From NCBI GenBank assembly GCA_965232515.1, contig CBDDPY010000002.1:4000001-4064000 (forward strand): a DNA stretch of 64,000 bases, given 5' to 3'. The position numbers were made by a program, and so were the translations under genes. This document shows, in pieces, positions 29,089 to 38,388 of this stretch (positions are counted from its first letter, which is position 1; each line of letters starts with the position of its first letter). This stretch comes from Alphaproteobacteria bacterium (GTDB lineage Bacteria > Pseudomonadota > Alphaproteobacteria > GCA-2731375). The notes under the pieces are model-generated. The model was not told the origin of the DNA. It made no database searches and was given only the letters and a program-made list of their open reading frames with translations.

Positions 29089-30194
29089 CGCTCGCCACCT
29101 TCCCGGCGGCGCTGCGCACGACCTTCCGGCATGCATCCGCCACCCGCCGTGCGACGGAGAATGTCATCGTCCGCGTCGGCGGCGCCGACGGCATCGACGG
29201 CTATGGCGAGGCCTGCCCGCGCGGCTACGTCACGGGCGAGAGCGTCGAATCGGTGGCGCGGTTTCTCCGGCGACAGGGACCGGCGCTGGCGAGCGAGATC
29301 CGCTCGGTCGCGGCGTTGCAGGCCTGGATCGCCGCGAACGGTGAGCTGATCGACGCCAATCCGTCCGCCTTCGGCGCGCTGGAGATCGCGCTGCTCGACC
29401 GGCTCGGCCGGCGGTCGAACCTGACACTGGAGCAACTGATCGGCGGCGCCCGGCGCGCCGGGCCGTTCCGCTATACCGCCGTGCTCGGCGATTCGACCCT
29501 GCCGACGCTGGCGTTGCAGGCGCTCGCCTACCGATTCGCCGGCCTCACCGATGTCAAGATCAAGCTCGGCGGCGATCCCGCGCGCGACCGGCGCAAGTTC
29601 GCGCTTCTGCGCACGCTCTTCGGATCGCGCCTGCGCCTCCGGACCGACGCCAACAACCTCTGGCGTCAGGCCGCCGAATGCACCAGCCATCTCAGATGCA
29701 TGGCGCCGCACCTCTGGGCCATCGAGGAGCCGCTGGCGCCGGGCGATCTCGACGGCTGCCGCGCCGTGGCCAAGGCCCTCGGCCTGCGGATCGTCCTGGA
29801 TGAAAGCGCCTGCCGGGCCGAGCAGCTCGACGCGCTGGCGGCCGACCCCGAGACCTGGGTGATCAACATCCGCGTCTCCAAGATGGGCGGAATCCTGCGG
29901 TCGCTGGAGGTCGCGCGGCGGGCCGCCGAGCGCGGCCTCGGCGTCATCCTCGGCGCCCATGTCGGCGAGACCAGCATCCTGACCCGCGCCGCGCTGGCCG
30001 TGGCGGCCTGCGCGCCCCGTCCGGCGATCGCCATGGAAGGCGCCTTCGGCACACGCCTGCTGGCGTCCGACATCGTCACCGCACCGGTCATGTTCGGCCG
30101 CCACGGCCTGCTCGATCCGCAACACCAGCCCTGGGCGCGGCAGACGGGTCACGGCCTGCGCATCGACGCGGACGCCCTCATGCCGATCCACTGA
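29070..30194 (+). CDS. Enolase-superfamily enzyme (MR/MLE, dipeptide-epimerase-like)
   Basis: GEACPRGYVTGE, KIK, DAN, EEP, DES, NIRVSKMGG and GAHVGETSIL. Confidence 0.9.
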   Translation: MRDGILTLATFPAALRTTFRHASATRRATENVIVRVGGADGIDGYGEACPRGYVTGESVESVARFLRRQGPALASEIRSVAALQAWIAANGELIDANPSAFGALEIALLDRLGRRSNLTLEQLIGGARRAGPFRYTAVLGDSTLPTLALQALAYRFAGLTDVKIKLGGDPARDRRKFALLRTLFGSRLRLRTDANNLWRQAAECTSHLRCMAPHLWAIEEPLAPGDLDGCRAVAKALGLRIVLDESACRAEQLDALAADPETWVINIRVSKMGGILRSLEVARRAAERGLGVILGAHVGETSILTRAALAVAACAPRPAIAMEGAFGTRLLASDIVTAPVMFGRHGLLDPQHQPWARQTGHGLRIDADALMPIH

Positions 30195-30212
30195 ACGTCC
30201 GCTGCCTTCCGG

Positions 30213-30252
30213 CTGTCCCCAAACCGTCATATTTACGTCGCATATCTGAAAA
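30213..30252 (+). promoter_or_regulatory. Tandem Pho-box-like repeats
   Basis: 11-bp-periodic CTGTCCC/CCGTCAT/ACGTCGC/CTGAAAA units upstream of phnC. Confidence 0.6.
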
Positions 30253-30371
30253 ACGACGCACGTAGGGTCCGTCCCGAACAGGGGGATGAAGGCCGTTGCG
30301 GCGTGCGGCGGCCGGCCTCCAACCGTACCTGGACACCGAGCTTCGGGACAACGGCAGGCGACGGACCGAGC

Positions 30372-31190
30372 ATGTACGTTAGCAACCTCACCAAGGCCTT
30401 CGGACCGGTCGTCGCCGTCGACGACGTGTCGTTTGCGATCGATCAGCCGCAGATGGTCGGCATCATCGGCCGCTCCGGCGCCGGCAAGTCGACGCTGCTG
30501 CGCATGATCAACCGCCTGACGCCGGCGACAGGCGGCGAGGTGGTCGTCGACGGCCGCGACGTGCTGGCGCTCAAGGGCGCCGAGATGCGCCGCTGGCAGC
30601 GCGACTGCGCCATGATCTTCCAGCAGTTCAACCTGGTGCCGCGCCTCGACGTCGTGACCAACGTGATGCTCGGCCGGCTGAACGGCCACGGCACCCTCAA
30701 GAGCCTGTTCAACGTCTTCGGCCGCGCCGAGATCAAGCGCGCGCTGACCGCGCTCGAGCGCCTCGGCATCGCCGACCAGGCCCTGCAGCGGGCCGAGACC
30801 CTGTCGGGCGGCCAGCAGCAGCGCGTCGCCATCGCCCGCGCGCTGACGCAGGCGCCGAAGATGATCCTCGCCGACGAGCCCATCGCCTCGCTCGATCCAT
30901 TGAGCGCCGAGGTGGTGATGACCTCGCTGCGCCAGATCCACGAACGCGACCGCCTGACCGTGATCTGCAATCTGCACACGCTCGACACCGCCCGCAGCTA
31001 TTGCGACCGGGTGATCGGCATGCTGCACGGCCGGCTGGTCTTCGACGGTCCGCCCGCGGCGTTGACCGCGCGGGTCGTGCGCGAGATCTACGGCGCCGAT
31101 CAGGACATAAACGAGGCCACGACCTCGACGGCGCTCGGCGCCGCGCCCGCGGACGCCCCGCTCCCCGCGCCCGCCGCCATCCCGGCCTGA
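30372..31190 (+). CDS. phnC: Phosphonate ABC transporter ATPase
   Basis: [33 protein letters not shown] and DEPIASLDP. Confidence 0.95.
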   Translation: MYVSNLTKAFGPVVAVDDVSFAIDQPQMVGIIGRSGAGKSTLLRMINRLTPATGGEVVVDGRDVLALKGAEMRRWQRDCAMIFQQFNLVPRLDVVTNVMLGRLNGHGTLKSLFNVFGRAEIKRALTALERLGIADQALQRAETLSGGQQQRVAIARALTQAPKMILADEPIASLDPLSAEVVMTSLRQIHERDRLTVICNLHTLDTARSYCDRVIGMLHGRLVFDGPPAALTARVVREIYGADQDINEATTSTALGAAPADAPLPAPAAIPA

Positions 31191-31246
31191 CCGTTACCGC
31201 ACCGAACATCGGACGACATGACGATCACCTACAGCAGGAGAGGAAG

Positions 31247-32155
31247 ATGAAGCTCACCACTGCACTCGCGGCCGCGGCCGCGACCGTATTGCTCGCCAGC
31301 GGCGCATTCGCGCAAGACAGCATCAAGGAATTCCGCATCGGCATCCTCGGCGGCGAGAACGCGTCGGACCGGCTGCGCAGCAACGAATGCCTGGTCGAGA
31401 AGACAACCGAGCTGCTTGGCGTCGAGACCAAGCTGTTCGCGCCGGCCGACTATAACGGCGTCATCGAAGGCCTGCTCGGCGGCAACCTCGACATGGCCTG
31501 GCTCGGCGCCTCGGCCTACGCCAAGGTCTATCTCTCCAATCCCGACGCCGTCGAGCCGGTGCTGACCAAGATCAACGCCGACGGCTCCTTCGGCTACTAC
31601 TCGATCGGCTTCGCTCGCGTCGACAGCGACATCGCCAGCCTCAAGGACATGCAGGGCAAGAAGTTCGGCTTCGGCGATCCGAACTCCACGTCGGGCTACC
31701 TGATCCCGTCGATCGAGATCCCGCAGGCCGGCTACGACATGGAATCGGGCAAGTATTTCGGCGAGGTCGTCTTTACCGGCGGCCATGAACAGACCATCGT
31801 CGCGGTCTCGAACGGCGACATCGACGCCGGCGTGACCTGGGCCGACGGCCTCGGCGCCTGGGAGGACGGCTTCAACAGCGGCGCGCTGCGCAAGGCGACC
31901 GACGCCGGCCTGGTCGACATGACGCAGATCAAGGAGATCTGGCGTTCCAAGGTCATTCCGGAAGGCCCGATCGTGCTGCGCAAGGACCTGCCGACCGACG
32001 TCAAGCTGAAGATGGTCGGCATGCTGGCCAGTCTGCCGTCGATGGACGCGGAATGCGCCTACGGCTTCATGGCCGGCGAGATCAAGGCGATCGCCCCGAT
32101 CTCGCACCAGGACTACGAAGTCATCATCGAGGCGCGCAAGCGCAAGGCCAGCTGA
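31247..32155 (+). CDS. phnD: Phosphonate ABC transporter substrate-binding protein
   Basis: Signal peptide, APADYNGV, DPNSTSGYLIP and GGHE; AGGAG RBS. Confidence 0.95.
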   Translation: MKLTTALAAAAATVLLASGAFAQDSIKEFRIGILGGENASDRLRSNECLVEKTTELLGVETKLFAPADYNGVIEGLLGGNLDMAWLGASAYAKVYLSNPDAVEPVLTKINADGSFGYYSIGFARVDSDIASLKDMQGKKFGFGDPNSTSGYLIPSIEIPQAGYDMESGKYFGEVVFTGGHEQTIVAVSNGDIDAGVTWADGLGAWEDGFNSGALRKATDAGLVDMTQIKEIWRSKVIPEGPIVLRKDLPTDVKLKMVGMLASLPSMDAECAYGFMAGEIKAIAPISHQDYEVIIEARKRKAS

Positions 32156-32177
32156 TCCTTGGCCGAACCCACGCATT

Positions 32178-32208
32178 CGGGCGGTCCCGCACATAGCGGG
32201 GCCGCCCG
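32178..32208 (+). terminator. Stem-loop after phnD (mRNA stabiliser or partial terminator)
   Basis: CGGGCGGTCCCGC-ACATA-GCGGGGCCGCCCG. Confidence 0.55.
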
Positions 32209-32238
32209 TTCGCGGTCCTATCAGATCTCAATTCCCGC

Positions 32239-33087
32239 ATGACAACCGTCGCCGACCTCGCGGGAGATATTGCTCGCGACGAAAAGCGCCGCCAGCTCTA
32301 TTCGCTGGCCCTGATCGCGGTACTCGGCGCCGTCGTCTTCGCCGGCTACGGCCAGGCCAACGACATGAACTCGGGCAGCTTCCTGCGGGGCCTGGCCAAG
32401 TTCTTCGAATATCCAAGTGAAATCGTCATCGAGGCCTGGCAGTCGGGCGCCGAATTCCCCGGCCTGCTCATCCGCTTCCTGCCGGCGCTGGTCGAAACGC
32501 TCAACATTGCCGCCGTCGCCACCATCCTGGGCGGCGTCGCGGCCATGGTCTTCGCCTTCCTGGGCAGCAGCAATCTCGGCGTCTGGGCGCCCGCCGTACC
32601 GGTCGCCCGGCGCCTCATGGACCTGATGCGCGCGTTTCCCGAGCTGATCATCGCCCTGTTCCTGATCTTCGTGCTCGGCACCAGCCCGGTGCCGGCGATG
32701 ATCGCCGTCGCCTTTCACACCACCGGCGCGCTCGGCAAGCAGTTCTCCGAGGTCAACGAGAATCTGGATGCCAAAGCCATCGAAGGTCTGCAGGCCTGCG
32801 GCGCCAGCTGGCTGCAGCGCATGAAGTTCGCGGTGCTGCCGCAAGTGCTGCCGAACTATCTCAGCTATTTCATGCTGCGCTTCGAGATCAACGTGCGGGC
32901 CTCGGCCATTCTCGGTTTCGTCGGCGCCGGCGGCATCGGCACCGAGCTCCGCCGCACCATCGGCTGGGGCCAGGGCAGTGGCGACGAGACGGCGGCGCTG
33001 TTCGTGCTGCTGATCCTGTCGATCTTCCTGATCGATCAGGCCTCCTCGTTTCTGCGCAAACGCCTGACCGAGGGGCGCGCCGCATGA
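32239..33087 (+). CDS. phnE: Phosphonate ABC transporter permease
   Basis: RAFPEL, GALGKQFSEVNE and RFEINVRASAILGFVGAGGIG. Confidence 0.95.
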   Translation: MTTVADLAGDIARDEKRRQLYSLALIAVLGAVVFAGYGQANDMNSGSFLRGLAKFFEYPSEIVIEAWQSGAEFPGLLIRFLPALVETLNIAAVATILGGVAAMVFAFLGSSNLGVWAPAVPVARRLMDLMRAFPELIIALFLIFVLGTSPVPAMIAVAFHTTGALGKQFSEVNENLDAKAIEGLQACGASWLQRMKFAVLPQVLPNYLSYFMLRFEINVRASAILGFVGAGGIGTELRRTIGWGQGSGDETAALFVLLILSIFLIDQASSFLRKRLTEGRAA

Positions 33088-34436
33088 CCGTCACAGCGCT
33101 CGGCCTCGAACCCGGCCCACATGCCCGCCGACAGGCAGTGATGTCATCGGTGCGCCGGCGGACGATGATCGGCTTCGCCATTCTGGCCGCCGTGTTGACC
33201 TATCTTGCCTATGCCTGGCTCGCCTTCGATATGTCGGGCCTGATTTCCCGCGCGCAGCCCGACCGCGCCGTGCTGCTGGCGATCGATTCCGTCGCCCACA
33301 AGGTGCATGTGACCAAATCGCTGCGCACGGACAGGATCACGATCGCCGTCGAGGGCGAGCGCACGGCCACCTACGACGCCCCGCCCGACTGGGTGGTCAA
33401 ATCGGGCGATACCGTCCGGGTCGATCTGGGCGAAGGCTATGGCGCCGAGATCGTCGGCAAGACGCTCCATTTCACCGTCCCCGGCTATGGCGACATCACC
33501 GTCACGGCGGAGACGTCGGGCATCGTCGCCACGCTCCCCGACGGCCCCATCCCCGACTGGCTGAACGCCACCAAGGCCAAGTTCGACGCCCGGCCCAGCC
33601 TCGGCCGCCGCGTGCAGGTCTCGCGCGCGCGCATCGAGGTGCATCGCTTTTTCGTGGGCTGGGAGAACTTCTTCTTCCCCTTCAATTCCGAGCTGCAGAC
33701 CTACTCCTTCGGCGACATCCTGTCGCTGGTCGGCAGCGACGAACGCCTGCAACCCGACACGCCGAACTGGGCCTACGTCTTCGAGACATTCTGGGACAAT
33801 CCCGACTGGCAGCACGGCAACGTCTTCGTCGCGCTCTTGGAAACCCTGCTGATGGCGGTGCTGGGCACGGTCACAGCGGCGTTCGTGGGCCTGCCGCTGG
33901 CGGTGCTGGCGGCGCGCAACTTCTCGCCCTCCGGCATCGTCCGCTTCGTCGTGCGCCGCCTGTTCGACTTTCTGCGCGGCATCGACATGCTCATCTGGTC
34001 GCTGATTTTCATTCGCGCCTTCGGCCTCGGCCCGCTCACCGGCGCGCTCGCCATCGCCTTCACCGACACCGGCACGCTCGGAAAGCTGTTCTCCGAAGCG
34101 CTGGAAAACATCGACGGCAAACAGGTCGAGGGCGTGAAGTCGACCGGCGCGCGCAAGCTCCAGACCTACCGTTTCGGCGTGATCCCGCAGATCCTGCCGA
34201 TCTTCGTTTCGCAGGGCCTCTACTACCTCGAATCCAACACCCGTTCGGCCACCGTCATCGGCGCGCTCGGCGCCGGCGGCATCGGGCTGATGCTGGTCGA
34301 AACCATGCGCACCTCGCGCGATTGGGAGAACACCCTCTACATCATCATCCTGACCGTCATCCTGGTCGTGATGATGGACAGCCTCTCCGGCTGGCTCCGC
34401 CGCCGCCTGATCCACGGCCGCGATGTGAACGCCTGA
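33084..34436 (+). CDS. phnE: Phosphonate ABC transporter permease, long form with periplasmic insert
   Basis: GTLGKLFSEALE and ESNTRSATVIGALGAGGIG. Confidence 0.9.
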   Translation: MTVTALGLEPGPHARRQAVMSSVRRRTMIGFAILAAVLTYLAYAWLAFDMSGLISRAQPDRAVLLAIDSVAHKVHVTKSLRTDRITIAVEGERTATYDAPPDWVVKSGDTVRVDLGEGYGAEIVGKTLHFTVPGYGDITVTAETSGIVATLPDGPIPDWLNATKAKFDARPSLGRRVQVSRARIEVHRFFVGWENFFFPFNSELQTYSFGDILSLVGSDERLQPDTPNWAYVFETFWDNPDWQHGNVFVALLETLLMAVLGTVTAAFVGLPLAVLAARNFSPSGIVRFVVRRLFDFLRGIDMLIWSLIFIRAFGLGPLTGALAIAFTDTGTLGKLFSEALENIDGKQVEGVKSTGARKLQTYRFGVIPQILPIFVSQGLYYLESNTRSATVIGALGAGGIGLMLVETMRTSRDWENTLYIIILTVILVVMMDSLSGWLRRRLIHGRDVNA

Positions 34437-34530
34437 GCGCGCTGCGCCTCCGACGCCAGACCTGCCACCCATCACGTCATGCGGCCGGCTAACGAGTTTG
34501 CCCTATCGGCGACGACGAGACCTCCGAAGA

Positions 34531-34830
34531 TCAAGCCTCAGTTCCGAGATGCCGCGTCAAATCCACTTCGTCTCGCAGCAACCTAACGACCACGATGTGG
34601 GCCTCACCGATCAGATAGACGATGTAATGCTTGGCGTGATGATGGATGCGCACCGGCGGGTCGTACTCGCGGCGTTCGGCAGCGATCTGTGGATTTGCCG
34701 CAATGATATCGATGGCCCGACGCAGACCGGCTTAATACCGGTCGGCCTGGTCGCGGCCGAAATTCTCGAATCCGTAGAGATAGCTGTCGATGATGCCGGT
34801 TTCGGCCTGGACCGTGAACCTAACCTTCAT
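34531..34830 (-). pseudogene. parE: ParE/RelE toxin with premature stop
   Basis: MKVRFTVQAETGIIDSYLYGFENFGRDQADRY*AGLRRAIDIIAANPQIAAERREYDPPVRIHHHAKHYIVYLI...; TAA at codon 33 (34732-34734); overlaps the parD stop. Confidence 0.85.
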
Positions 34831-35077
34831 TCGCTGCGGCATTATCGGCGCGCCGCCGCGCTTCAGCCAATATCTCGTCGATCGTCCGGCCGCTGAGCCC
34901 GCTGGCCAGCCCGTCGTCGATAGCTGCCTGCAACGCCTTGATACCGGCTTGACTGTCCTGGTCTCGGCGGATCAGGTCGCGGACATAGTCGCTTGTCGTC
35001 GAGTAGCGCCCTTGGCGAACCTGAGCTTCGCACCAGTCCTTCATGCGCTCCGGCACGGAAACATTCATCTGAGCCAT
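34820..35077 (-). CDS. parD: ParD family RHH antitoxin
   Basis: MAQMNVSVPERMKDWCEAQVRQGRYSTTSDYVRDLIRRDQ; GGGAG RBS. Confidence 0.9.
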   Translation of the reverse strand: MAQMNVSVPERMKDWCEAQVRQGRYSTTSDYVRDLIRRDQDSQAGIKALQAAIDDGLASGLSGRTIDEILAEARRRADNAAANEG

Positions 35078-35107
35078 ATCAGCTCCCTTTGCCTCTGGAA
35101 TTTGACG

Positions 35108-35142
35108 CGATATATCAATAATTGTCAAATTTTGATATATCG
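35108..35142. promoter_or_regulatory. parDE operator-like inverted repeat
   Basis: CGATATATCAA-N13-TTGATATATCG upstream of parD. Confidence 0.6.
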
Positions 35143-35175
35143 TCGACGCGAAACCAGTGCGCCGCCGCACACGCT

Positions 35176-36375
35176 CTAACTCATGAACCCAATGAACATC
35201 TTGATCACCAGGGCGTTCAGGATGTCGACGAAGAAGGCGCCGACCAGGGGCACGACCAGGAAGGCCTTGGGCGAGGGACCGAAGCGCGAGGTCACGGCGT
35301 GCATGTTGGCGATCGCCACCGGCGTCGCGCCCAGGCCCAGCCCGACGAAGCCGGCGGATATCACGCCGGCGTCGTAATCCCGGCCCATGACGCGGAAGAC
35401 GATGAACACGGCGACGAACGTGATCACCAGCATCTGCGCCAGCAACCCCATCAGGATCGGCGCAAAGGCGGTCGCCAGCGTCCAGAGCTGCATGCTCATC
35501 AGGCTCATGGCCAGGAACACGTTCAGTGCGACCTCGCCGAACTTGTCGATGGTCAGCGGATGGATCTCGAACTCGAACGCATCCGACAGATTGGCGATGA
35601 CGATGCCGACGAACATCGCCGTCAGGAACCCCGGCAGCAGCACGCCTTCCGCGAACAGGAACCGGTTCACCGAATCGCCGACGGCGATGCAGATCGCCAG
35701 CATCAGGATCGCCGTCAGGATGTTGAACAGATCGCCCGCGCGGCCGTCGTCCTTGGCCACATCGGCCGCCATCGTCTTAGCGTCGTCGTCCGGTGACAGA
35801 TCGTGACGCTGCACCAGCCAGCGCGCCACCGGCCCGCCCAGCAGGCCGCCGGCGACCAGGCCGAAGGTGGCGAACGCGATGCCGACCGCGCCGGCGCCGA
35901 CGAGACCGGCCGCCTCCGCCTCCTTGCCCCAGGCGATCGCCGTGCCGTGTCCGCCGGCGAAGGATACGCTACCGCCCATCAGGCCGTAGCCCGGATGTTC
36001 GCCGAAGCCCAGCGCCAGCAGCACGCCGGTCAGGTTCTGCATCACCAGGAACACCGCCGCCACGCCGACCAGAATGGCCAGCGCCTTGCCGCCCGCCGCC
36101 AGCGTGCGCAACTTGGCGGTCAGGCCGATGGTGCTGAAAAACACCAGCAGCAGGACGTCGCGGATCTGCATGTCGAAGCTGATTTCCAGATCGAGCGTCC
36201 CGTAGATCACCGCGACCACGAGGCTGCAGACCAGGCCGCCGGTGACCGCCGGCGGAATGTAGAACTCGCTCAGCACCCGGATCTTCTCGTTCAGATAGAA
36301 GCCGAGATAGAGCACCAGGATGCTCAACATTAGGACGTCGAGCGGCTCGACCTGGTATTTCAGAAGCGACTCCAC
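35176..36375 (-). CDS. gltS: Sodium/glutamate symporter
   Basis: GGHGTAIAW, ATFGLVAGGLLGGP and GLGATPVAIANM. Confidence 0.9.
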   Translation of the reverse strand: MESLLKYQVEPLDVLMLSILVLYLGFYLNEKIRVLSEFYIPPAVTGGLVCSLVVAVIYGTLDLEISFDMQIRDVLLLVFFSTIGLTAKLRTLAAGGKALAILVGVAAVFLVMQNLTGVLLALGFGEHPGYGLMGGSVSFAGGHGTAIAWGKEAEAAGLVGAGAVGIAFATFGLVAGGLLGGPVARWLVQRHDLSPDDDAKTMAADVAKDDGRAGDLFNILTAILMLAICIAVGDSVNRFLFAEGVLLPGFLTAMFVGIVIANLSDAFEFEIHPLTIDKFGEVALNVFLAMSLMSMQLWTLATAFAPILMGLLAQMLVITFVAVFIVFRVMGRDYDAGVISAGFVGLGLGATPVAIANMHAVTSRFGPSPKAFLVVPLVGAFFVDILNALVIKMFIGFMS

Positions 36376-36387
36376 GACCGGCGTGTC

Positions 36388-37305
36388 CTATTGCGGCAGC
36401 GCGCGCAAGAAGGCGCGCACGACGGCGGCCGAGTTGCGCGAGGCGAGCTGGAAGAAGGTGCCGAGCTCGTTTTCGCCGTCGCCGCCGCCGGCCAGGTCCG
36501 ACAGGCTGCGGAAGGCGATGAACGGGATGCCGTTGTTGAAGGCGACATGCGCCGTCGCCGCGCTTTCCATGTCCAGCACCTTCGCCTCAAAGGTATCGAA
36601 CACATAGGTCCGGAAGTCGGCATTGTCGACAAAGGCCGAGCCCGAGACGCCGCTGCCGCCGACGACGATCCGGGGCGCGCGCGACAGGCATTCGTTCGCC
36701 GCGGCGCACGCCGTCAGATTCACATCGGCCGCCGCCGCCCGCGCGGTCGCCAGCAGGCCCGCATCGACGTCGAACCAGAACTTCTTCACCGGCTTGTCGG
36801 CGCCGGCCCGGGTCACATCGATCACCCGCGGATGGATCATGCCGTAGTTCGCGAACGGCGTTTCCAGGAACGGCGGCGGACTGTAGCCGTCGGGCGTCTG
36901 GCGGGCGTAGACGGCGTCGAGGTATTGCGCCCAGCGGTCGGCGACCACGACGTCGCCGATGTTCAGCGCCGGGTCGACGCCGCCGGCGATGCCGGAAAAG
37001 ACGATCGCGCGCAGCGAGAACCGGTCGATCGCCTGTTGCGTCGTCATCGCCGCGTTGACCATGCTGACGCCGCTCAGGAACAGCACCACGTCGTGGCCTT
37101 CCAGCTCGCCGGTGACGAACGTGCTGCCGTTGACGTCGTGCGCCGCCGGCGCCACGACCGCTTCGCGCAGCGTCTGCCACTCCGGCGGAAAGGCCGACAT
37201 CACGGCAATGCGCGGCTTGTCGTCCAGCAGCCCGGCGGCGAAGCCGGGCGTCGCCATTGCCAACAGCATGACGGCGATAAGGCCGATGACGCGATACATC
37301 CGCAT
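36388..37305 (-). CDS. Exported MTA/SAH nucleosidase family protein
   Basis: Signal peptide; SGVSMVNAA, SGIAGG, DMESAA and RSLSDLAGG. Confidence 0.85.
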   Translation of the reverse strand: MRMYRVIGLIAVMLLAMATPGFAAGLLDDKPRIAVMSAFPPEWQTLREAVVAPAAHDVNGSTFVTGELEGHDVVLFLSGVSMVNAAMTTQQAIDRFSLRAIVFSGIAGGVDPALNIGDVVVADRWAQYLDAVYARQTPDGYSPPPFLETPFANYGMIHPRVIDVTRAGADKPVKKFWFDVDAGLLATARAAAADVNLTACAAANECLSRAPRIVVGGSGVSGSAFVDNADFRTYVFDTFEAKVLDMESAATAHVAFNNGIPFIAFRSLSDLAGGGDGENELGTFFQLASRNSAAVVRAFLRALPQ

Positions 37306-37365
37306 TTGAACTCCCCCTATGCTCGCCCACGCAATCTAGCAATCCCGGTCAACATTCGGACAGTG

Positions 37366-38286
37366 TCAACCGGTCTGCCCGGCCGTACCGGCTAGCATCG
37401 GGTCGGCGCGGAATTCGTCGGCCAGGAAATCGGCCACGGCGCGGACCTTTGGCGAGACCAGCCGCCGCGAGGCGTGCACGAGCTGGATCGGCAGCGCTGT
37501 CGGGGCATGATCCGGCAGCACGACACGCACGCGGCCGTCGGCGATGGCGTCGTGGAACAGCCAGAGCGGCGACACGCTGATGCCGAGGCCGGCGAGCGTC
37601 GCCTCGCGGATCGCATCGGAATTGTTGGCCAGGAACGGCCCGCTGACCCGCACCTTTATCGGCCCGCCGGCGCCCGTGAAGTGCCATTCGTTGCCGGTGG
37701 CGAGCTGGGTGTAGACGATGCATTGGTGTTTTTTCAGGTCCTGCGGCGTTGCCGGCACCCCGGCACGTTCGAAATAGGCCGGCGTGCCGACCGTGACCCG
37801 CCCCGTCGTGCCGACGCGCCGGGCGACAAGCGCGGTATCGGCCAGTTCGCCGATCCGCACGGCCAGATCGATGCCCGCCTCGACCAGGTCGTCATAGGCG
37901 TCCGCCGTCACCAGCTCGACCCGGATGTCGGGATAAGCGCGGAGCAGGCGGGGTAAGAGCGGCACGACGTGCAGCCGGCCGAACGCCACCGAGCTGGCGA
38001 TGCGGATCAGCCCCGACGGCGCCGCGGCGCGGCGGCCGACGGAGGTCTCGGCCGCATCGGCGGCATCCAGCAGCCGCCGGCAATGCTCGTAATAGATCTT
38101 GCCGTCCTCGGTCAGCGACAGGGCGCGCGTCGTGCGCTGGATCAACCGCGCGCCGAGATGCTCCTCCAGCGCCGAGAGCTTGCGGCTGACCGTGGGTTGG
38201 GTCAGCCCGAGCTGGCGGGCGACGGCCGTCAGGTTGCCGATCTCGGCGACCCTGACGAATATCTGCGCGCTCTCGATCCGATCCAT
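37366..38286 (-). CDS. LysR family regulator (CrgA/DmlR-like)
   Basis: LTQPTVSRKLSALEEHLGARLIQRTTR HTH; upstream TTCATAC-N7-GTATGAA dyad at about 38290-38310. Confidence 0.95.
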   Translation of the reverse strand: MDRIESAQIFVRVAEIGNLTAVARQLGLTQPTVSRKLSALEEHLGARLIQRTTRALSLTEDGKIYYEHCRRLLDAADAAETSVGRRAAAPSGLIRIASSVAFGRLHVVPLLPRLLRAYPDIRVELVTADAYDDLVEAGIDLAVRIGELADTALVARRVGTTGRVTVGTPAYFERAGVPATPQDLKKHQCIVYTQLATGNEWHFTGAGGPIKVRVSGPFLANNSDAIREATLAGLGISVSPLWLFHDAIADGRVRVVLPDHAPTALPIQLVHASRRLVSPKVRAVADFLADEFRADPMLAGTAGQTG

Positions 38287-38388
38287 CGTTTCATACCGTT
38301 TCCGTATGAATGTTATCCACAGTCCCATTATTCATTCTAATTTCCGGATCACCTAATTTGTCGGTTCGCTGCCGCCAAAAGCTGAAAG

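Noticed and set aside
34498-34896. 132-aa plus-strand ORF
   Set aside because: Antisense shadow of the parE pseudogene.
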